Shown: in pieces, positions 9,483-19,449 of the stretch
Layout of the letters: each line of letters opens with the position of its first letter
How positions within the stretch are numbered: the first letter of the stretch is position 1
NCBI GenBank assembly: GCA_030625085.1
Contig: DAOURK010000008.1
Span: 2,024-66,023 of the forward strand
DNA length: 64,000 nucleotides
Origin: Pseudomonadota bacterium
Lineage (GTDB): Bacteria; SZUA-182; DTGQ01
Reading direction: 5' to 3'
Notes under the pieces: model-generated
The model's input: the letters and a program-made list of their open reading frames with translations, nothing else
Databases searched by the model: none
Told to the model about the DNA's origin: nothing
Translations under genes and position numbers: made by a program

Positions 9483-11189
9483 TCAATAAGGGGCCTTTTT
9501 ATTTTGCGCATTCCCAATTTTACTTTGATCCGGATGACAAAAAGAACATAATAAATCCATTTCTTTCAGACGAAGCTTTTTCCCTTTTCGGCCATCATGC
9601 GGATCATGGCAAGTAAAACAAGCCACTTGGCCATTCGTTGTTAAAGGGATAATTTGAGATGTTTCAGTCTGTGATAACCTGATTCTTTGCTTATAGGAGA
9701 AGTGTCTTCCAAAATTCCTGATAAATTTTCCGATATGATCTACTCCAAAGGGATGCTTTTTCTCTTTATTAGGATGACAGCCTACACAATAAAACCGCAA
9801 CGAGGCTATATACCCAAAGGGTTGATGGTCTTCTCCCTTTGGAGCACTGACCTGCGTATCAGACAGGTTTTCACTTTCCCTCATCGTTGGTGAAGACTTA
9901 TCACCATAATGTTGGAAATGGCACTGCCGGCAACTCTTATTGATGTCATCAATTCTCAATTTCGGCCCGGGTCTGGTATCATGCGGATTATGGCATGAGG
10001 CGCACATAATCTGGCCGGATAAAGTCACAGGAGTAATTTTAAAGGATTGATTATGGGATATATTTAATCTGTCAGTCATGGATAAGCCCGTCCAGATGGA
10101 ATCTATATAACGACCGGTATGATCGGCCCCAAAGGGATGCTTTTTTTCTTTATTAGGATGACAGCCTACACAATATAAACGAAAAGGCGCCTTAAACTTA
10201 AAGCCAAGTTTTTTTTCACCCTTTTCATCAGTATCAACCACATGACAGAAAAAACACCGGTCCTCTCTTATTTCACCATCATCAGATATGGAATCATGGG
10301 GATTTGTCTTCTGGTACTGCTCTTTTACATGACAAACCAGACAAGTCTCCAGTCTTCTCCTATATGGCCCTCCCCGTAAAAACAGGGGGTTTTCCTTCCC
10401 TTCTTGACATCGTAAGTGATGACAGGTAACACAGGTCAATTTCCCGTCAGTTAAGGGGAAATCTTTGGGGATTCTTTTTTTCTTCTCTTCAGAAGGGACT
10501 ACGCCGACAGGATGGTTATCCGCTCTGGCCCGCTTATTATCATGGCATTCTTTACACAGTTTAATCGTATCCTGTTTATATTTCAGATATAAAGGCCGGC
10601 CTTTTTCTCTCGGCTCTTTCTCATGGCACAAAAAACAAAATACCCCGGTTTTATGAATATCAATATTCTCCGCTTCTTTTTTTAAGGTCTCATACCCTTC
10701 TTTAAGCCGGTCGGCCTCTGTTTTATCTGTTTTTACTTCATGGACCCGATGGCAACTGGAGCAGATAACACTGCCGGAGAATAGTTTTAAGGGAAAGTCA
10801 GGTATTTGAGCCTTGAGGGTATTGTAGATTTTTGGCTTCACCATAAGTTGGCAGCTCTCCGGGGTATGACGATGGCAGGTGATACAGATATTTTCGTAGC
10901 CTTTAACCAGGGTTGGCTCTATATTTGCCCCTGCCTCGGGGACATGAAGATGACACTGGTTACATTTAATACGGATGAATCTCTCTGCCCTTTTTTGATT
11001 ATCAAAAGAAAAATGCGGAGTACCGGAAATCTGATCAGCCATTTCAGCAAACAGATACAACTCGGTAAAAGGCCAGGTTATTAAAAGCAGAACCACCGTA
11101 AATCCCAGGCAGGTAATGAATTTATGAAAATAGCTATTAATATCTGGCAGCGCGAACATCTGTCTTTCTAAGCTGTCCCTTTTCAGCAA
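9483..11189 (-). CDS. 14-heme cytochrome c
   Basis: 14 CxxCH; N-terminal hydrophobic segment; duplicated YCVGCHPNKEKKHPFG module; start uncertain. Confidence 0.88.
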   Translation of the reverse strand: MLKRDSLERQMFALPDINSYFHKFITCLGFTVVLLLITWPFTELYLFAEMADQISGTPHFSFDNQKRAERFIRIKCNQCHLHVPEAGANIEPTLVKGYENICITCHRHTPESCQLMVKPKIYNTLKAQIPDFPLKLFSGSVICSSCHRVHEVKTDKTEADRLKEGYETLKKEAENIDIHKTGVFCFLCHEKEPREKGRPLYLKYKQDTIKLCKECHDNKRARADNHPVGVVPSEEKKKRIPKDFPLTDGKLTCVTCHHLRCQEGKENPLFLRGGPYRRRLETCLVCHVKEQYQKTNPHDSISDDGEIREDRCFFCHVVDTDEKGEKKLGFKFKAPFRLYCVGCHPNKEKKHPFGADHTGRYIDSIWTGLSMTDRLNISHNQSFKITPVTLSGQIMCASCHNPHDTRPGPKLRIDDINKSCRQCHFQHYGDKSSPTMRESENLSDTQVSAPKGEDHQPFGYIASLRFYCVGCHPNKEKKHPFGVDHIGKFIRNFGRHFSYKQRIRLSQTETSQIIPLTTNGQVACFTCHDPHDGRKGKKLRLKEMDLLCSFCHPDQSKIGNAQNKKAPY

Positions 11190-12629
11190 TTAATCCTTCC
11201 AAATTTTGTCAATCACAATCCCCCATGGCTTTTTACCCACTTTAATAACATCTATCACTCGCTCTTTTCCCAAATCAATTACCGAAACAGTGCCGTCCCC
11301 CTGATTAACTACATAGAGGAGCCTTCCGGATTTATCTAAGGCCATGGTGGTGGGAATCATGCCTACCGGTATGACTGCCTCTTTCATATTCATATCCTCA
11401 ATAAGAAAACAAACATCATTTGATTGGGAATTGGCTACATATAGCCTTCGGCGTGTATCATCCAAAATAATATCGACAGGTCCGCTATTGGTAGGTAAGA
11501 TATTAATAATTTTACCGAGTTCTCTATCTATAACCTGAATAACATCCGATCCTTTACTGGAAATATAAATCTCATCGCCGCCGGGGCTTGAGGTAATGCC
11601 AACCGGTTCCGGTCTGGTAGCAATGGTTGCACTTACTCGTCTTTCATTGAGGTCTATAATCATAAGATTATTAGATCGTTGGTTGGTTACATAGGCCCAA
11701 TCCCCCCAGGGCCCCACAGCTACCTGTGAGGGAGATTGACCCACAGGGATATGCTCAATAACCCGCTGTGAATCAGGGTCAATGAGACTGATATTGCCTG
11801 AGCCTTTATTGGCAGTGAGCAATAATCTTCCATCATGAGTTATGGCTATGTCCCCAGGGTTTACTCCCAGCCCAAGGAAGATTGTATCCGTTACCTCTGA
11901 AGTTAGGGTATCAAGAACTGAAATACTGTCGGAACCCGAATTAACAATATAGACTTTGGCTCTATCAGGAGACATTACTATCCCTCGAGGTTTGTCCCCC
12001 ACTGGGACTGTCTCTATGATAGATCTGCTCAATTGATCGAAGATCACTACACAATCTCCTGCTTCATCGGTCACATAGGCTTTAAGCCCTCTCAGTCCAA
12101 CCGACCGTATACCCGGTTTGATAAAAGAGGTAAGAATAAAAGCATCCTTTTTCTTATCCCTCTCAAGTCCGCAGATTATTTTGAGGAGAAGGCTCTTTCT
12201 TTCCCATGGTCCGATCTCAATATCAGTATCATAAGTAATATTTTCAGTTTTGACGGATAAAGGGGTCAACTTCCCTTCAGTGAAGAGGAAGGCCTCTTGA
12301 AGAGAAAAAACAAGACCGGTATATAAATCGGGTTTGATGGAAAAATCTCCTAACAGGACCTTTTTGGGTGATTTATTAAGCATAAACTTTTCATTGATGG
12401 GAATAGTTACAGCTTGTTCCACACCCTCCCTCTTCAGGGTTAATTCGCCAATTATTATCGAGATGTCCTGCCCACCCTTTGAAACCAGCTCCAGGATAAT
12501 GGAAAGGTGACCATCGAAACCGGTCTGAGTGTAAGATGGACGATAGGCACACGACAGGGTGAGTAAAAGACAAATGAAAAATATGGGCCCAAACCAAAGA
12601 CCGGAAAAGAGATTGTTTTGGTTTTTCAC
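11190..12629 (-). CDS. YVTN/YncE-type beta-propeller lipoprotein
   Basis: Lipobox LTLSC; repeats such as AYVTD, VYIVNSGSDSISV, AYVTNQ, LYVANS, LYVVNQGDGTVSVID. Confidence 0.88.
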   Translation of the reverse strand: MKNQNNLFSGLWFGPIFFICLLLTLSCAYRPSYTQTGFDGHLSIILELVSKGGQDISIIIGELTLKREGVEQAVTIPINEKFMLNKSPKKVLLGDFSIKPDLYTGLVFSLQEAFLFTEGKLTPLSVKTENITYDTDIEIGPWERKSLLLKIICGLERDKKKDAFILTSFIKPGIRSVGLRGLKAYVTDEAGDCVVIFDQLSRSIIETVPVGDKPRGIVMSPDRAKVYIVNSGSDSISVLDTLTSEVTDTIFLGLGVNPGDIAITHDGRLLLTANKGSGNISLIDPDSQRVIEHIPVGQSPSQVAVGPWGDWAYVTNQRSNNLMIIDLNERRVSATIATRPEPVGITSSPGGDEIYISSKGSDVIQVIDRELGKIINILPTNSGPVDIILDDTRRRLYVANSQSNDVCFLIEDMNMKEAVIPVGMIPTTMALDKSGRLLYVVNQGDGTVSVIDLGKERVIDVIKVGKKPWGIVIDKIWKD

Positions 12630-12744
12630 GGACGTATTCCTCCTTATTATTTTCTAGCGGAGCTTCGCCGATGCTGGTTTCCGGATACTGGATGCCGGAT
12701 AAAAACTGGACTCATTTGTTAAGTTTTTGCCCTATAAAGAACGA

Positions 12745-13995
12745 CTAATACGCATGGCATTCATTACATAACTGCTTTGAACCATCCAGTCGCATAAGCT
12801 GCGGGAATTCGGCCTCCATCATATTATGACAGGTTATGCAATCAATAAGGGACTTATCTCTCGGATCTATGGCTTTTTCACCCACCGGATGACAGAGCCC
12901 CTTTTGTCGCTTGTGACAATCGATGCAAAGGGTAAGAGGGGAAGTTTTTAAAAATTTCAGCTTGTCCGAGGCATGAGCATCATGACAAGTAGAACATTTC
13001 CCTGCTGAAACCTCCGGATGACGGTTAAGTCCCTTTTTCTGCACTCTGAGCCTTTTTCGTATATCCTGATGGCAGGCCGTGCAAAGAGGCCTATCACTCC
13101 TTCTCACCAAATCCTCTCTTTCCGAACCGTGGGGATTATGGCAGAAGACACATTCATCCCGGCCGGATACAATATGACTTTTCTCTTTGGCCTTAAACTT
13201 CTCTTTGGTTTTTGGATGACAGGCATAACAGTCTTCCGCTCTGGCGGTAACGGGTCCGGAACCTGATGAATCAGGGTGACATTTCAGACATTCTTTTTGG
13301 GTATAAGGATCATGTGAGAAGCTAAAGAGTAAATTCTTTTTGTTGGTAGAATGAGGATTATGACAGCAAAGACAATCAACTTGATTGATCTGAAAATCCG
13401 GGTGTTCAGCTTTCAAGCTTTCCGTTGTATGGCATTGAAAACACAGTTGAGGTGATAACTGGGTAAGTAGTAAGGGGTTTTGAGAACTATGGGTTTGATG
13501 GCAAATGGTACAACTGCCTTCTTCAACCGGTTGATGAACATATTCCTTTTCAAATGATGCCTTATCATGACACTGATAACATAAATCCTCTCCCTCCAGC
13601 CTTAAAAGACTGGTGTAAGGTGATACATGCGGCTGGTGACACTTAAGACACTCTCCATATTCCACCGGAAGATGCACTGTTTTATCTTTAAGCCAATTCC
13701 TGTTGGATTCATGACACCCATAGCAAAGAGCATCTCCAATATTAAGCAGAAGATTTTGGTGCTTGGCTGCATGGGGTGTATGGCAGGAGATACATTCTTT
13801 GACGTTTAAGGCCTGATGGGGCTTGCCCTCTTCTAATTCCTCTTTCATTTCCGGATGACAATCAAGGCATGCTTGCTTTAAATCGGATTTTAATATTGCT
13901 TTTGCCTTTACCTGCACTACCTGCCGGCCTAAAATCAGACCAATAATAATAACCCCTAATAATAAACTTAATCTTGATCCAGCTATTTTTTTCAT
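12745..13995 (-). CDS. 16-heme cytochrome c
   Basis: 16 CxxCH in paired CxxCH..PH / LCxxCH pattern; start moved to ATG 13995 (MKKIAG signal peptide) to avoid overlapping the upstream gene. Confidence 0.92.
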   Translation of the reverse strand: MKKIAGSRLSLLLGVIIIGLILGRQVVQVKAKAILKSDLKQACLDCHPEMKEELEEGKPHQALNVKECISCHTPHAAKHQNLLLNIGDALCYGCHESNRNWLKDKTVHLPVEYGECLKCHQPHVSPYTSLLRLEGEDLCYQCHDKASFEKEYVHQPVEEGSCTICHQTHSSQNPLLLTQLSPQLCFQCHTTESLKAEHPDFQINQVDCLCCHNPHSTNKKNLLFSFSHDPYTQKECLKCHPDSSGSGPVTARAEDCYACHPKTKEKFKAKEKSHIVSGRDECVFCHNPHGSEREDLVRRSDRPLCTACHQDIRKRLRVQKKGLNRHPEVSAGKCSTCHDAHASDKLKFLKTSPLTLCIDCHKRQKGLCHPVGEKAIDPRDKSLIDCITCHNMMEAEFPQLMRLDGSKQLCNECHAY

Positions 13996-14011
13996 AGTAT
14001 CTTCATAACCC

Positions 14012-15985
14012 TCATTCATGACATGCTCGACAATTTTTCTCAATGAAGGGCAGGTGTATATGGGGTAAAAACAGCCCCTCTTCCTCACTCATATGGGGAT
14101 CGTGACAAATCAGGCAATTGCTTTTTGCCGCAGGGATACCCATATGACTTTTTGGAAACTCAGGTCCTTCAACGTTATGACAGCCAATACACAAATTTCT
14201 TTCCTGCGCCGTAAGGAGCCCTTGATAAGCCGAATCATGCCCGCTGTGGCATTCTAAACAATCTCCCTTGATAATGGGTGAATGCACCACCATATTCTCT
14301 TTTTCTATCTGCTCTTGCATTTCCTCGTGGCAAAAGAGGCACAAACTGCCGGTCGAACTTCTTAAATAATGGTCCAGCTTATTCCCATGGGCATTGTGAC
14401 AAGATATGCACTCCTTCTTATTCAACGGCTCGTGCACTACTTTTGCCTCATTTATCTTTTTTTCGATTGAATCATGGCAGCCATTGGCCATACATACCTG
14501 ACTGCCGGGTAACAGGAGCACATTATGATATCGGCCGGCGTGGGCATCATGGCATCCCAGGCATTGCCCTTTCTGGCTTAAAAAATGTAGGTATCCTTCT
14601 TTTTGTCCCGCTGCCAAGTCAGAATGACATTGAAAACAAACCTTATCGCTTGTGGTCGTCAGGAGGTTGTCCTGAACTGATACATGGGGTTCATGACAGT
14701 CTTTACAAGTGCCTTCCGCAATAGGCGTATGAATATGAACATTGGAAAATTTTTCTTTTTCCTTTGTGTGGCAATCAAAACAAAGCGCTGCCTTCGGTTT
14801 TTTGGCCTGCCCCGGAAAATCAGTGGCATGAGCATCATGGCATACGAGGCATTCCCCTTTGTCTACGGGTTGATGCATACAAGGGCCCTGAAAATCTTTT
14901 CCCGGGTGGCAGAGAGCACAAAGGTCCCGGCCGACTGCTTTGAGTTGATGCTTCTTATCGGCACCATGAGGAAGATGACAACTGCTGCATCCCTCTTTAT
15001 CCGAAGCCGTATGAGTAAAGGCCTTATTGAATATATCCCGAGTCTCCTGATGACAGGAAAAACAAAGTTTCCTTTCCTCCCGGTTCATAAGGGCGGAATG
15101 ATTCGATGTATGAGGATCATGACAGGTCAGGCAATTGCCCTTCACCGTAGGATCATGAATAAAATTTCTTCTCAATTCCTTTTTCATACTGCTGTGGCAT
15201 TCCAGGCATAATTCCGACCCAGTCTTAGTGGTTTTAAAGGGAGAAGGGTCAGTGGGGGCGAGATGACATTCCCGGCATTGACCGCCTACCATGGGCTTAT
15301 GGACGGTAATCTTCAATAACCCTTTTTCCTTTGCAGAGTGCGGGTCGTGGCAGGAAAGGCAATGTTCTCCTTCCAGTGTATAGCCCTCGTGGGCCTCTGT
15401 TAATTCCTGATTTACCGGATGACACTTTAGACACAGATCTTTTGATGGGCTTACTATCTGGTCCGGATAATCAGAGGCATGGGGCATATGACAAACCAGG
15501 CACCCTGTTTCTTTGAGCGGGCTATGGATAACCGCCCTTTGAAAGGGTTCTTTGTTATGACAATCATAGCATACCTCATCACCCGCTCTCTTTAATAAAT
15601 CAGGCAGATCTGCCGAGTGCGGATCATGACAGGGAGAGCATTTTCCCATCTTAAACTGAGAATGCTGATACTGCTTTTGGGTAAGCGCCTCCTCCTCTTT
15701 ATGGCAGGTATAGCATACCTTGGCCTCTACCCCCTCCCAAAGGTGTAAAACCCCCACTGTCCCATGGGGTTCATGACAAGCCTTACAATCCTTTTTCTTA
15801 ATAGGGTCATGGACTTCTTTGCGAACAAGATAGGCCGTAAGTTCTTTTTGATGGCAGCTATCACAAGTGCGGCCGGCAAAACGGGCCTCCCTGCCCGCCC
15901 TCCCTTTGGGCGCACAAGAACAAAGTATCAGGCATACGGGTATGGTCAAAAGCCACAAAAAATATACTCTTCTTACATTTTTCAC
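14012..15985 (-). CDS. 26-heme cytochrome c lipoprotein
   Basis: 25 CxxCH plus CMANGCH; lipobox LILCSC. Confidence 0.92.
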   Translation of the reverse strand: MKNVRRVYFLWLLTIPVCLILCSCAPKGRAGREARFAGRTCDSCHQKELTAYLVRKEVHDPIKKKDCKACHEPHGTVGVLHLWEGVEAKVCYTCHKEEEALTQKQYQHSQFKMGKCSPCHDPHSADLPDLLKRAGDEVCYDCHNKEPFQRAVIHSPLKETGCLVCHMPHASDYPDQIVSPSKDLCLKCHPVNQELTEAHEGYTLEGEHCLSCHDPHSAKEKGLLKITVHKPMVGGQCRECHLAPTDPSPFKTTKTGSELCLECHSSMKKELRRNFIHDPTVKGNCLTCHDPHTSNHSALMNREERKLCFSCHQETRDIFNKAFTHTASDKEGCSSCHLPHGADKKHQLKAVGRDLCALCHPGKDFQGPCMHQPVDKGECLVCHDAHATDFPGQAKKPKAALCFDCHTKEKEKFSNVHIHTPIAEGTCKDCHEPHVSVQDNLLTTTSDKVCFQCHSDLAAGQKEGYLHFLSQKGQCLGCHDAHAGRYHNVLLLPGSQVCMANGCHDSIEKKINEAKVVHEPLNKKECISCHNAHGNKLDHYLRSSTGSLCLFCHEEMQEQIEKENMVVHSPIIKGDCLECHSGHDSAYQGLLTAQERNLCIGCHNVEGPEFPKSHMGIPAAKSNCLICHDPHMSEEEGLFLPHIHLPFIEKNCRACHE

Positions 15986-16009
15986 TTCAAAATCTCCCTT
16001 ATTTATTCC

Positions 16010-17725
16010 TTAACCTCCCACATTTGACAATATGATCTGAAGACGGTCCTCAAAGATAATAACCTCAGAGGATGCCCTTAAGATACGCTCCCATTTCTCA
16101 ACGGTTTCATTAAAGCGCTCCCTGAAAAGCTTATCACGGGAGGCTTTTTTAACCTTATCAAAGGGGAAGATTTCTCCTCCCCGGCGTCTTTTTAATTGAA
16201 AGATACTGTGCCCCATGTCCCAAGATACTGGCCCGATCACCTCACCCACTTTAGCCTCGATAAGCCCCTCTTTGACGGGCGGGGATAATGAGTCCAAGGG
16301 AATCCAGTGCCTGCTGATCATTCTCTTGTGCAGAGACCTTTTTTTTAGAAAAGTAAAATCGGCGCCGGCCCCCAACTCATCATTTATTTCATTGGCTTCT
16401 TCTTTTGTTCTAACCCGGATCTCCTCCACCTTAACATAGCGGGGACTGCAAAATAAATCGGGATGCTCCTCGTAATACGTCTTAACCTCCTCATCAGTTA
16501 ATTTAATTGAGGGGAGAAGGAGTTTTCGGTAAAATTTCTTATAAAGGATTTTGTCCCCGGCGGCTTTAGCTGCTTTTCTCACCTCAGGGCGGTTTTCATA
16601 TCCCCGACTGAGAGCCTCTTGATCTATCAGCAAGCAATCAATAAGGTATTGTAATCTGTTTTCGATCATGGATTGTCTGTCCTCAGGGCCGGCTTCCTTA
16701 AACTCCTCTGCCTTTAGGCCCTTTTTTAACTCAGCCAGGCTAATAGGCTCATCATTTACCAGAGCAGCGGGCAGGTTAGGATCATTACCTTCCATATTTA
16801 CCGAAGCAGCAGGCAGGTTAGGATCTTTAGCTTCCATGAAAAGTGAGTTTGGATCTAAGGCCGGTCTAGATATTTTTGCCTTTTGTCGAAGCTCTTCCAA
16901 ATAGGCAACTTCTCTTTCCCGGCGATGTTTTTTTAATAAATCTTTTCGTATACTTTTTTCATTCCTTTGAAAGGAATTCCGGGAAGGTGAAAAGCGCTGT
17001 ATCTCTTTTTCCAGCAGGTCATTATCGATTAATTGCCAAAGGGCATATTCCCAGGGTATCTGTCCTTCCGAGGTTTCAGTAGGCTTTATATCCTTGAAAA
17101 GATCATGACCGCTAATTGATTTCCCATTGTACTTAGCCGCAATTTTATTCGGATCATATTGTTCTTCCCCCGGCTGGATATAATTGGGATCAACTTCCAG
17201 CTTTGCACTCTTCCTGAGCATTGACAGATAATTTTTCGTTTCAGTACTTTGTGTGTTGGGATCTGCAGAGTATTCCTCCCTTATTTTTTCCGGCTTAGTT
17301 CGGCGTTTTTCAAGCCGGGCACAATACTCCTCCCAGGCCTCATCATCAGTTACCCGCACCTTATCGTAAATCTCTTCTTTATGAAGGTACAAAATGGATT
17401 GCCTTTTCAGTTCTGCCTTAACGGTCAGGACCACCTCAGGAGCTTGGTCCAGTCCTGTGCGAACAGCCTCTTGAATAAAAAGCCGATTCCTGATCAATTT
17501 ATCCAAAAAACCCCTAATATCAAGTGAGTCGATCTTTCCATCTTGTCCCTTTTGAATATGCAATCCCTCTAAGGCATTCCTGAATTGAGCAAAGGTAATC
17601 TCCTCATTATTCACCATAACAAGTGGTGTTTCATCTTTTATTTCAGTCTTACAGGACAGAAAAACAGTAACTAAAAAAATCAGTGCCGCTATTTTTATTG
17701 TCTGTTTACACCTTAAATTCATCAA
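16010..17725 (-). CDS. SurA/PrsA-like peptidyl-prolyl isomerase/chaperone lipoprotein
   Basis: Lipobox FLSC; SurA-N-like VNNEEIT/VNDEPIS segments; parvulin-like EEVKTYYEEH...GADF...GEVIGPV. Confidence 0.82.
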   Translation of the reverse strand: MMNLRCKQTIKIAALIFLVTVFLSCKTEIKDETPLVMVNNEEITFAQFRNALEGLHIQKGQDGKIDSLDIRGFLDKLIRNRLFIQEAVRTGLDQAPEVVLTVKAELKRQSILYLHKEEIYDKVRVTDDEAWEEYCARLEKRRTKPEKIREEYSADPNTQSTETKNYLSMLRKSAKLEVDPNYIQPGEEQYDPNKIAAKYNGKSISGHDLFKDIKPTETSEGQIPWEYALWQLIDNDLLEKEIQRFSPSRNSFQRNEKSIRKDLLKKHRREREVAYLEELRQKAKISRPALDPNSLFMEAKDPNLPAASVNMEGNDPNLPAALVNDEPISLAELKKGLKAEEFKEAGPEDRQSMIENRLQYLIDCLLIDQEALSRGYENRPEVRKAAKAAGDKILYKKFYRKLLLPSIKLTDEEVKTYYEEHPDLFCSPRYVKVEEIRVRTKEEANEINDELGAGADFTFLKKRSLHKRMISRHWIPLDSLSPPVKEGLIEAKVGEVIGPVSWDMGHSIFQLKRRRGGEIFPFDKVKKASRDKLFRERFNETVEKWERILRASSEVIIFEDRLQIILSNVGG

Positions 17726-18293
17726 GAGTTTCCTTTATTTTGGTTATCTCCTTTTCCAGATCAGACATACCCCCGCTGATCACCTCCATATTCGAATCCT
17801 GCACTGCCTTAACCATCCGGTTATAAATAGCTTCCATTTGTTTATTATTTTCTTTGAGTAAAAGCACCCTTTCTCTCATTTTTTTCATCATCTTGGTAAC
17901 TTGACCAGCCAGGTCCTTCAGCTCATCTCCTGAGCGAAGATTCAATTGACATTCGGACAGATCACCATCAGCCACCATATCCAGGACTTTTTCTATCCGG
18001 TATAGCGGACCGGCCAGATATTGAGGAAAAAACAATGTTAATGCCAGGGCTACAACCAAGCCGGCCATCGTGCCGATAATAACCATGGGAAAAATAAGGG
18101 TCTTAAAATTATCCAATTGCACATGAAACTGACGATACGTTGAAGCCACCTCTTGGTGACTGCCAAGCCAAAAAATTGCTCCGCTGATTATCACGGCCGT
18201 CATAATGATGACAGAAATTTTAAAAAAGAGTCTAATCTGCATACCTCGTTTAATGGAAAGATTGATCCTTTTTCTTTTTTTTCCTTTTTTCAT
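17706..18293 (-). CDS. Short two-TM HAMP-domain protein (MCP-like, no signalling domain)
   Basis: Two TM helices, then AGPLYRIEKVLDMVADGDL...LRSGDELKDLA HAMP motif and a short coiled coil. Confidence 0.75.
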   Translation of the reverse strand: MKKGKKRKRINLSIKRGMQIRLFFKISVIIMTAVIISGAIFWLGSHQEVASTYRQFHVQLDNFKTLIFPMVIIGTMAGLVVALALTLFFPQYLAGPLYRIEKVLDMVADGDLSECQLNLRSGDELKDLAGQVTKMMKKMRERVLLLKENNKQMEAIYNRMVKAVQDSNMEVISGGMSDLEKEITKIKETLDEFKV

Positions 18294-18295
18294 CT

Positions 18296-18781
18296 TTATT
18301 TATAATACCTTTCCCCGTGACAGGCAATGCACAATTGGGCCGAGACCGGTTTTCTGCCCAGATATTCCTCATCACTCCCATGAGGCGTATGGCAAGTAAG
18401 GCAAAGAATCTGTCCGAATGATCCCTTCGGCAATTCCTCGGGTATGCGAATCTCCTTTGTCGGATATACCCCCACAGGATGGGAAATACCTAGATTCTTT
18501 TTTGTATGACAGCAATAACACACATTTATTCCTATGTCATCCACAGAGCGCAACCCCTGCTCATGATTTTCGTCTTTTGAAGGCTCATCCGGTAACACAT
18601 GACAAAAAGAGCATTTTTTTTCCGAAAAAGGTTGATGAACATAGGTATACGCTTGTTCTACCACCTTGTTATGACATTCCAAACATTTCAAATCCTGCTC
18701 AGTTTCCTGAGCGCGACCTAAAAAGATTGAAAGACAGATAAAAACAAATACACCTAAAACTGCCCAGTGGATAGGCCTCAT
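18296..18781 (-). CDS. Small pentaheme cytochrome c
   Basis: Signal peptide; CLECH, CSFCH, CYCCH, CLTCH, CIACH. Confidence 0.88.
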   Translation of the reverse strand: MRPIHWAVLGVFVFICLSIFLGRAQETEQDLKCLECHNKVVEQAYTYVHQPFSEKKCSFCHVLPDEPSKDENHEQGLRSVDDIGINVCYCCHTKKNLGISHPVGVYPTKEIRIPEELPKGSFGQILCLTCHTPHGSDEEYLGRKPVSAQLCIACHGERYYK

Positions 18782-19395
18782 ACCTCATCATTACCTATTG
18801 CGGAAACCAGCCTCTGGGCCAGCTTTTGGGCCAGGGAAAAAGCTGCCTGTCTATCCTTAACACCCAAAAGATATCCTTGAGCCGCCCCTTTCTCCATAAA
18901 CTGCCCTTGTCCTAAAATCCGGCCGGATCGTGTATCAAGGATGGTGCTGTGAACCATAATTTTAGGCACAGTTGATTTTTTATCCTTCCTCCGGTGAGCG
19001 CCATAACTATTTCCAACCCCGTACTGGAGGACAGTGCCTATGATAACCGCTTCAACCTTAAATTGTTTCCTGAATGCTCTCAGGGTTTCAATATCAATAG
19101 TAGATACTGAAATCTTACGCCTGATCAGGAAAAATTTTCTCACATCACCATACTTGATTAAGCGAAATTTTTCAAGTTTTATGAGTTCAGCCATGAGTAC
19201 GTTAGTCATAATTATGCCGGCGTTTGTTTTTTGACTAAGGTTATGGAAGGGGAAGACCGCCAAAGACTTCACCCCCTTAAGGGATTGGCTGTCCATATGA
19301 TAGTTACTTTTGTACTGAAGCCCTTGACATCCGGAATAAAGGACGATGCCGAACATACCCAGACAAAAAATTATCAATATTTTTTTCGTACTCAT
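18778..19395 (-). CDS. CsgG/PelC/GNA1162-like lipoprotein
   Basis: Lipobox YSGC; LAVFPFHNLS...VEAVIIGTV...ILDTRSGRIL signature. Confidence 0.72.
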   Translation of the reverse strand: MSTKKILIIFCLGMFGIVLYSGCQGLQYKSNYHMDSQSLKGVKSLAVFPFHNLSQKTNAGIIMTNVLMAELIKLEKFRLIKYGDVRKFFLIRRKISVSTIDIETLRAFRKQFKVEAVIIGTVLQYGVGNSYGAHRRKDKKSTVPKIMVHSTILDTRSGRILGQGQFMEKGAAQGYLLGVKDRQAAFSLAQKLAQRLVSAIGNDEV

Positions 19396-19449
19396 GAATT
19401 ACCTATAGATTTTCAAAAAAATAATTTCACAATCCATATTCAAACAGAA

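Noticed and set aside
12670..12704. Degenerate 7-bp repeats (GATGCTG, GATACTG, GATGCCG)
   Set aside because: Too short and degenerate to assign; probably a remnant; not CRISPR
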